Source: Ktedonobacterales bacterium (GTDB lineage: Bacteria > Chloroflexota > Ktedonobacteria > Ktedonobacterales > Ktedonobacteraceae). From it: a stretch of DNA of 53,978 nucleotides. The DNA is taken from assembly GCA_038199755.1 (NCBI GenBank), contig JBBPYR010000187.1:1-53978 (forward strand), in the 5' to 3' direction. How positions within the stretch are numbered: the stretch's first letter is position 1; every line of letters begins with the position of its first letter. This document shows, piece by piece, positions 49,030 to 53,978 of this stretch. A program made the translations under genes and the position numbers. The notes below the pieces were generated by a model. The model made no database searches. It saw nothing but the letters and a program-made list of their open reading frames with translations, and was not told the origin of the DNA.

Positions 49030-49140
49030 TTGTTACACTTGTTTCACTTGTTGCAGTTTTCAGAGGCTGGCAAAACCGTCGCAGGAAGCGGCAAAGCACC
49101 GATTGTTACACTTGTTTCACTTGTTTTAGTTTTTAGAGAG
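49030..49140. repeat. Two tandem copies, 74 bp apart, of a 36-38-bp unit (TTGTTACACTTGTTTCACTTGTT + t-rich tail) upstream of the HNH gene
   Basis: Copies at 49030-49065 and 49104-49140. Each also contains an internal CACTTGTT direct repeat. Confidence 0.6.
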
Positions 49141-49390
49141 CGGTTGCACGTTCAGTGGGAAAATGCTGCGACTGAAAGAGTAGGTCGCTGAGGACGAGGC
49201 TGCCGTGGATAGGATCGGGCCGAACCACCCCTATTTATCTCTATCGACCCCCGCAAACCGTTTGGATAGGTCTTATTCGCTTGATGTGTTCATTCTTATG
49301 AGCACATCTCTACTAGTGCAGCGTATGAACACCATCACACACCCAAAAAACAGCAGCGAAGCTTCCTTTCCGCCCACCTGACGCGCAGCG

Positions 49391-49573
49391 TCTTCCTTGC
49401 ATTCTGTCTGAGCGATAGCGCACTCCTCTCCGTCTGAAACGGAGCTCTCGCTCCTACGCTGCGCGTCATCAGACGGAGAGGAGTGCGCTTCGCTCAGCCC
49501 ATCGGAAAGGTAGCTACGCTTCGCGTCATCAGACAGAGAAGAGGTAGCTTCGCTCAGGCAGGATGCAAGGAAG
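49391..49573. repeat. Structured non-coding repeat region with a 30-bp inverted repeat, duplicated 44-bp units and an enclosing CTTCCTTGC/GCAAGGAAG inverted repeat
   Basis: Inverted repeat ctgagcgatagcgcactcctctccgtctga (49408-49437) / tcagacggagaggagtgcgcttcgctcag (49469-49497). Direct units ctacgct(g/t)cgcgtcatcagac.gaga.gag.t.gcttcgctcag at 49454-49497 and 49515-49558. Confidence 0.5.
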
Positions 49574-49681
49574 CTACGCTCGCCATGCAAAAAGTGACGC
49601 ACATACATGTAAAAAATGACGCATATCCAAACAAAACAGGGTCCAGAGCAAAACCGGAGCTTTTCAGATATGCCAGTTTGC

Positions 49682-50527
49682 TCAGTGCGAACCGAGAAAA
49701 TCGAGCAGCAGGGCATTCACCTGCTCTGGCGCGGCATCTGGAAGCCAATGCCCGACTCCATCGAGACGCTCATAACGCCAGGGTCCTTTAACATACTCGT
49801 TGGAGTAAATCATCTGACTCTCTGACATTGCAAAGTCTTTACTACCCCATATGCCCATGGTTGGACACTGAATAAGTGGCACTTCCCCGATCCCATCAGC
49901 TCCCACGGCACTTGGGGAAATGTTCGCTCGATACAGATTCAAGCTTGCGGCCAATGCTCCTGGCCGCGACAAATCCTCAATATAATGGTCGATCTCTCCC
50001 TGCCCAGCCAAAAATGCGCGAAATGCCGCCCAATCGTTTCGGGGCAAGACGGTCTCAGCGACTCCTGGGAAGAGGAACCAGAGGAAATACCAGTGTTGCT
50101 CCCACTGTTTGAGGCCATCATATTTTGCGGCACCGGGATGACCAACTGACAGAGCCACCAGTTGCTCAACCTGGGTCGGGAAATATGTCGCAAATTGCCA
50201 AGCGATGGCCGCCCCCCAATCATGTCCGACCAAGCGAATGCGCTCAACACCAAGTGTTGCCAGTAGCCCCTTCAAATCGCCCAGAAGCGTCGCAACCTTA
50301 TATGCCTCTACCTCTTCAGGTCGGTCAGATTGTCCAAAACCGCGTAGGTCGGGTGCGATGACACGATAGCCAGCATCGACCAAGGCAGGAATCTGGTGCC
50401 GCCAGATATGGCAGGAGTCGGGCCAGCCATGAACGAGTAAGACAGCCGGGCCGCTACCGCGATCAACCACACGAAACGTCAGGCCATTCACCTGAACGCG
50501 CCGCTCACCCTCATATGAATTCGTCAT
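49682..50527 (-). CDS. Alpha/beta hydrolase (epoxide-hydrolase / haloalkane-dehalogenase-like)
   Basis: VLLVHGWPDSCHIWRHQIPAL...APDLRGFGQSD...LVGHDWGAAIAWQF matches the HGWP motif and a nucleophile elbow carrying Asp. Confidence 0.8.
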   Translation of the reverse strand: MTNSYEGERRVQVNGLTFRVVDRGSGPAVLLVHGWPDSCHIWRHQIPALVDAGYRVIAPDLRGFGQSDRPEEVEAYKVATLLGDLKGLLATLGVERIRLVGHDWGAAIAWQFATYFPTQVEQLVALSVGHPGAAKYDGLKQWEQHWYFLWFLFPGVAETVLPRNDWAAFRAFLAGQGEIDHYIEDLSRPGALAASLNLYRANISPSAVGADGIGEVPLIQCPTMGIWGSKDFAMSESQMIYSNEYVKGPWRYERLDGVGHWLPDAAPEQVNALLLDFLGSH

Positions 50528-50789
50528 GTTTCATCCTTTACAAACTACTCAGAAATAAGGGAAACCAAAATCTTGTCTATGCATTAGATCATCCTGCTAC
50601 ACTGTAGCAAATTTGGCTTCCATCCGCAACATCGACGCCTACAATACATCGCCCCTGCCGTTTGACAGGCTAAAAGTTCTAAAATTATTCATGGAAATCT
50701 ATTTACGTTTGATGGAATTAATGATATAATACCATCAAGTTACTAGAATACAGCAACCACTTCATTCTTAAAGAGGAGGATTACATGTC

Positions 50790-51173
50790 ATGGTTCCTCT
50801 TATTCTCGTTCTTGACGATGACCAATCGATACTTGACTTGTATCAACTAGTATTGGAAGAAGAGGGATACCGTGTTCATCTCGTGAAAATTGCTTTTGAA
50901 AAGGTTCAAGAAATTGAAGCGATTCATCCCGATCTCATTATTCTCGATCTCAAAATGAATAGTCACACGGATGGCTTCCTCTTGTTACAGAAACTGAAAA
51001 TGTACCGCCCAACCAAGGACATTCCTGTTATTGTCTGCACCGCTGGTCTAGAGATGATACAAGAGCAAGAAGAAATCTACAGGCAAAAGGGTATTCCCAT
51101 TCTCTATAAACCGTTTGACCTGGATGAACTGCTCGTGTTCGTTCGTCAAGCACTTTCCGCACAAAGTAATTAG
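50790..51173 (+). CDS. Single-domain response regulator (CheY-like receiver)
   Basis: ILVLDDDQSILDLY...DLIILDLKMNSHTDGFLL...IPVIVCTAG is the REC fold. aggagg RBS. Confidence 0.72.
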   Translation: MVPLILVLDDDQSILDLYQLVLEEEGYRVHLVKIAFEKVQEIEAIHPDLIILDLKMNSHTDGFLLLQKLKMYRPTKDIPVIVCTAGLEMIQEQEEIYRQKGIPILYKPFDLDELLVFVRQALSAQSN

Positions 51174-51270
51174 AGAGTGTTATCTTTTGAAGGTAACGAT
51201 ATACCCCTTATTTTTGAAAATGGGAAAGCAACACCCACCCCTCTTTTGCCCTCTGTGGTACAATACCCCC

Positions 51271-51738
51271 ATGCGGAACGAACTATTAGTATGGTTTGCG
51301 CGCGAGGGACTGTTGCTCACCTACGCCTCCTCTGCGAACGACGATCCAGAGCATGATGAGGTGAAGGTCACGGTGAAGACACCAGTGCTGGCGTTGAGCC
51401 GCGCACGCGATGATTGGCGCGAATGCCCCGATCCGGTGCTGTTCGGCTACCCCGAAGAGAGCCTGGACATGATGCTGTTGGACGATATGCACCAGTTTGT
51501 CCTGCAATGGTTTGAGCGGGCCGTGGCAGCAGAGATGGCCCGCTGCTTCGTCTGCAATCAACTATTGGACATGGGCGCGGAAAAGCCGTGGGACGCCGTG
51601 TTTGTCTCGGACCCACTCTTCTGCTGGCTGCTCGTCCACTTCGACTGCAAACGCTATCTCACCCGTGATCTTAAAGGGCGCAACCCCTTCGAGGTCATCA
51701 CCAGCCCACCCGAATTCTTTGATTTGCGTGTCTCATAA
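51271..51738 (+). CDS. Hypothetical protein with Cys pairs CFVCNQ / HFDCKRY
   Basis: The start was trimmed to ATG 51271 to avoid overlap with the REC gene. No family was recognised. Confidence 0.3.
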   Translation: MRNELLVWFAREGLLLTYASSANDDPEHDEVKVTVKTPVLALSRARDDWRECPDPVLFGYPEESLDMMLLDDMHQFVLQWFERAVAAEMARCFVCNQLLDMGAEKPWDAVFVSDPLFCWLLVHFDCKRYLTRDLKGRNPFEVITSPPEFFDLRVS

Positions 51739-51783
51739 CGCCCCTATATGGGCCAAAGTATACATGTCTATAGGAAGATCACG

Positions 51784-53541
51784 ATGGATAAAAACCAGAT
51801 CGCGACCCTGCTTGAAGATATTGCAGCCCTGCTGGCTCTCAAAGAGGGTGCCAGCGTCTTTGAGGTGCGGGCATACGAGAATGCCGCACGCGCCATCAGC
51901 TCGCTTGACGGCGACATCAACGTCTTGGCACAGGATGGCAAGCTCAAAGGCACCCCTGGCCTGGGACCCAAAACCTTGAAAATTATTGAAGAGGCCATCG
52001 AGACAGGTCAGATCAACTATTACGATGAATTGCGTGCGGCAACCCCACAGGTCAAGCTAGACATGCTGCGTATTCAAGGGCTTGGTCCGAAGAAGATCAA
52101 TGCCATCTATGAGCACCTGCACGTGAATAGTATCGCCGAGCTAGAGCAGGCCTGCAAGGATGATAAGGTCGCACACCTACCCAGCTTCGGCAAGAAGACG
52201 CAGGACAAAATTCTGCAAGGCATCGCGCACCTGGCTCAGCACGCCGGACGCTTCCTCTATCCCGTCGCCGAAGACGAAGCCGAGCGCATACGGGCAGCCC
52301 TGGCAAACTTCCCCGGCATCGTGCGCTTGCAGGTCGCGGGCAGCCTGCGCCGCCGCCGCGAAACCGTCAAAGACATCGACATGGTGGCAAGCGTGTCAGA
52401 CGATGCAGGCATTGAGGCGCGCCGTGCCATCATGCAGCAATTCACCGAACAGCCCTCGGTGCAGGCCATCACCGGCAAGGGGGATACCAAGTCGAGCGTC
52501 AATTTGAGTAGCGGCATCTCGATGGATCTGCGCGTCGTCAATGATAGCCAGTTCCCCTACACGCTGCACCACTTTAGCGGCTCCCGCGAACACCATATCG
52601 CCCTGCGCCGCCGCGCCCTCAGCATGAACATAACCATTAACGACTACGGCATATTTCGCGGCAAAGAGCCAATAGCGAGCGAACTCATCCCCTGCCAAAA
52701 CGAGGCCGACCTGTATGCCGCGCTCGGACTGGCCTATATTGAGCCAGAACTGCGCGAAGACATGGGCGAGATCGAGGCAGCCGCCAACGGCACACTACCC
52801 GTATTGCTCAAAGAGAGCGACCTGCTCGGCGTGCTACACGCCCACTCCACCTGGAGCGATGGCCAAAGCACCATTCGCGAGATGGCCGAAGCCTGCATCG
52901 AACGCGGCTATAGCTACCTCGGCCTGACCGACCACAGCAAGCTAGCCGCCTATGCCAACGGCCTGACCGAAGACCGTCTGCGCCAGCAGGGAGAGGAGGT
53001 TGACCGCCTCAACGAAGAATTTCAGGGTCGCCTGTACATCCTCAAGGGCAGCGAGTGCGACATCTTGCGCGATGGCTCGCTCGACTTTGACGACAAAACC
53101 CTAGCCACGCTCGATTTTGTGGTTGCCTCCATTCACAGCAACTTCAACCTGCCAGCGGAGGAGCAGACCAAACGCATGCTCAAGGCCATCGCCAATCCTT
53201 ACGTCGATATCATCGGCCACCCCACGGGCCGCATCCTGCTGGGTCGCTCAGGCTACGAACTCGACATGGAGGCCGTTATCGAAGCCGCCATCCAGCACAA
53301 TGTCTGCATCGAAGTCAACGCCCATCCATCGCGTCTCGACATCGACTGGCGTCTGTTGCGCCGTGCCCGCGACAAAGGTATGAAAACCTCCATCGATCCC
53401 GACGCGCACGTCACCAGCGGCATCGATGTCATGCGCTACGGCGTCGGCGTCGCCCGCAAAGGCTGGATTCGCGCCAGCGATGTCCTCAACGCCATGCCCC
53501 TACAAGACCTGCAAGCCTATTTCCGCGCCCGGCGCCACTGA
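51784..53541 (+). CDS. polX: DNA polymerase X family protein with a C-terminal PHP phosphoesterase domain (PolX)
   Basis: HhH repeats (GLGPKTLKIIEEAI, GLGPKKINAIYEHL), Pol-beta palm (VAGSLRRRRETVKDIDMV) and PHP His motifs (LHAHSTWSDG...IHSN...GHP). RBS aggaag 8 nt before ATG 51784. Confidence 0.85.
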   Translation: MDKNQIATLLEDIAALLALKEGASVFEVRAYENAARAISSLDGDINVLAQDGKLKGTPGLGPKTLKIIEEAIETGQINYYDELRAATPQVKLDMLRIQGLGPKKINAIYEHLHVNSIAELEQACKDDKVAHLPSFGKKTQDKILQGIAHLAQHAGRFLYPVAEDEAERIRAALANFPGIVRLQVAGSLRRRRETVKDIDMVASVSDDAGIEARRAIMQQFTEQPSVQAITGKGDTKSSVNLSSGISMDLRVVNDSQFPYTLHHFSGSREHHIALRRRALSMNITINDYGIFRGKEPIASELIPCQNEADLYAALGLAYIEPELREDMGEIEAAANGTLPVLLKESDLLGVLHAHSTWSDGQSTIREMAEACIERGYSYLGLTDHSKLAAYANGLTEDRLRQQGEEVDRLNEEFQGRLYILKGSECDILRDGSLDFDDKTLATLDFVVASIHSNFNLPAEEQTKRMLKAIANPYVDIIGHPTGRILLGRSGYELDMEAVIEAAIQHNVCIEVNAHPSRLDIDWRLLRRARDKGMKTSIDPDAHVTSGIDVMRYGVGVARKGWIRASDVLNAMPLQDLQAYFRARRH

Positions 53542-53562
53542 TGAATACGCTCGTATGGAACC

Positions 53563-53870
53563 CTCCGTTTCCGTAGGGGCGGGGGAGGACGTGGACGAGG
53601 GGATGGGACCCTCTGGGTCGCCCGTGGGGTGGGGCAAACGCATCTGCCACCAACGTTTTACCCATTGCAAAGGCAATGACAATACCCGACAAATAACGCA
53701 GGGCATCCCTTTACGGGTGCCCTTGCCACCAACGATTCCCGTTTTATTTCGTCAATGTGCATTTATGACGCCCTTGCCCGCCCACGGATACGCATCGGGC
53801 AATGGTTTTGCTGTGGGCATGAGGGTACACATGTCAACGGGTACGTGGGCGTCATAAATGCTGTCTTTTA
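53563..53870. repeat. Cluster of degenerate repeat copies: a REP family-1 core, a REP family-2 copy, and a fragment matching the foldback element's right arm
   Basis: ccgtaggggcggggg (53566-), gggcatccctttacgggtgccc (53701-53722), and aacgggtacgtgggcgtcataaatgc (about 53838-53863, compare 48310-48338). Confidence 0.5.
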
Positions 53871-53978
53871 CCCACATCTCTCAAGGTCATCAATGGCAAG
53901 CCAGATGACAGGCCGAGCGAGATTCTATACCATTCTCATGGATGACCTCGAACTCATCCTTCGCGATTGGCTTTTGAA

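Noticed and set aside
49030-49140. A mini-CRISPR or integron attC-like pair of repeats.
   Set aside because: There are only two copies and the unit is not palindromic. The flanking sequence is also duplicated, so it is a roughly 74-bp tandem duplication.
49273-49716. A 147-aa ORF on the minus strand.
   Set aside because: It overlaps the 3' end of the alpha/beta hydrolase gene. Its repetitive peptide (SEATSSLSDD / SEAHSSPSDD) simply mirrors the DNA direct repeats, and it has no RBS. It is most likely non-coding.
53426-53857. A 143-aa ORF at the window end.
   Set aside because: It lies entirely within a cluster of REP-like and foldback repeat fragments and overlaps the PolX 3' end in another frame. 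It is a translation artefact of the repeats.
1-53978. tRNA, rRNA or tmRNA genes.
   Set aside because: No cloverleaf-compatible segments with a GTTCRANYC T-loop motif were found on manual scanning. This cannot be fully excluded without a covariance-model search.

Overview
This 54-kb chromosomal window comes from a moderately GC-rich bacterium, with Chloroflexota- or Terrabacteria-like gene architecture, inferred from the long FtsZ linker, N-terminally extended FtsW and FtsQ, and REP-like repeats. The taxon cannot be fixed without a database search. The core feature is a compacted division/cell-wall (dcw) cluster on the + strand: mraZ-rsmH-ftsL-ftsI-(small acidic ORF)-ftsW-murG-murC-murB-ftsQ-ftsA-ftsZ, with no murE, murF, mraY, murD or ddl. 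The cluster is punctuated by tandem arrays of a 27-bp hairpin repeat (GTAGGGGCGAGATTTATCGCGCCCC). Upstream of it lie an ECF sigma/anti-sigma/MscS operon, an orphan SUKH (SMI1/KNR4) immunity-type gene and a truncated IS607-type transposase. Downstream lie two glycolipid-type glycosyltransferases (GT4 and a GT28 MGDG-synthase-like enzyme) next to a triple-FHA ABC exporter of the Rv1747 type. Further on come a ribbon-helix-helix (RHH) regulator, assorted hydrolases, tgt, a lipoate ligase, a sugar-phosphate isomerase/PGI-like cluster and two permeases. The strongest regulatory signal is a consensus sigma-70 promoter followed by a 26-codon leader peptide rich in Phe/Tyr/Trp (FSFYYWF) and an intrinsic terminator, directly upstream of a DAHP synthase, which looks like a ribosome-mediated aromatic-amino-acid attenuator. 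After that come a REC-ANTAR regulator, a PSP1/RicT-like protein with a cysteine-rich tail, an SPFH protein and a YabN-type MazG. The final stretch holds a 264-bp foldback element with 46-bp inverted repeats, an HNH nuclease flanked by tandem and structured repeats, an orphan receiver domain and a PolX polymerase. No tRNA, rRNA or CRISPR array was found.
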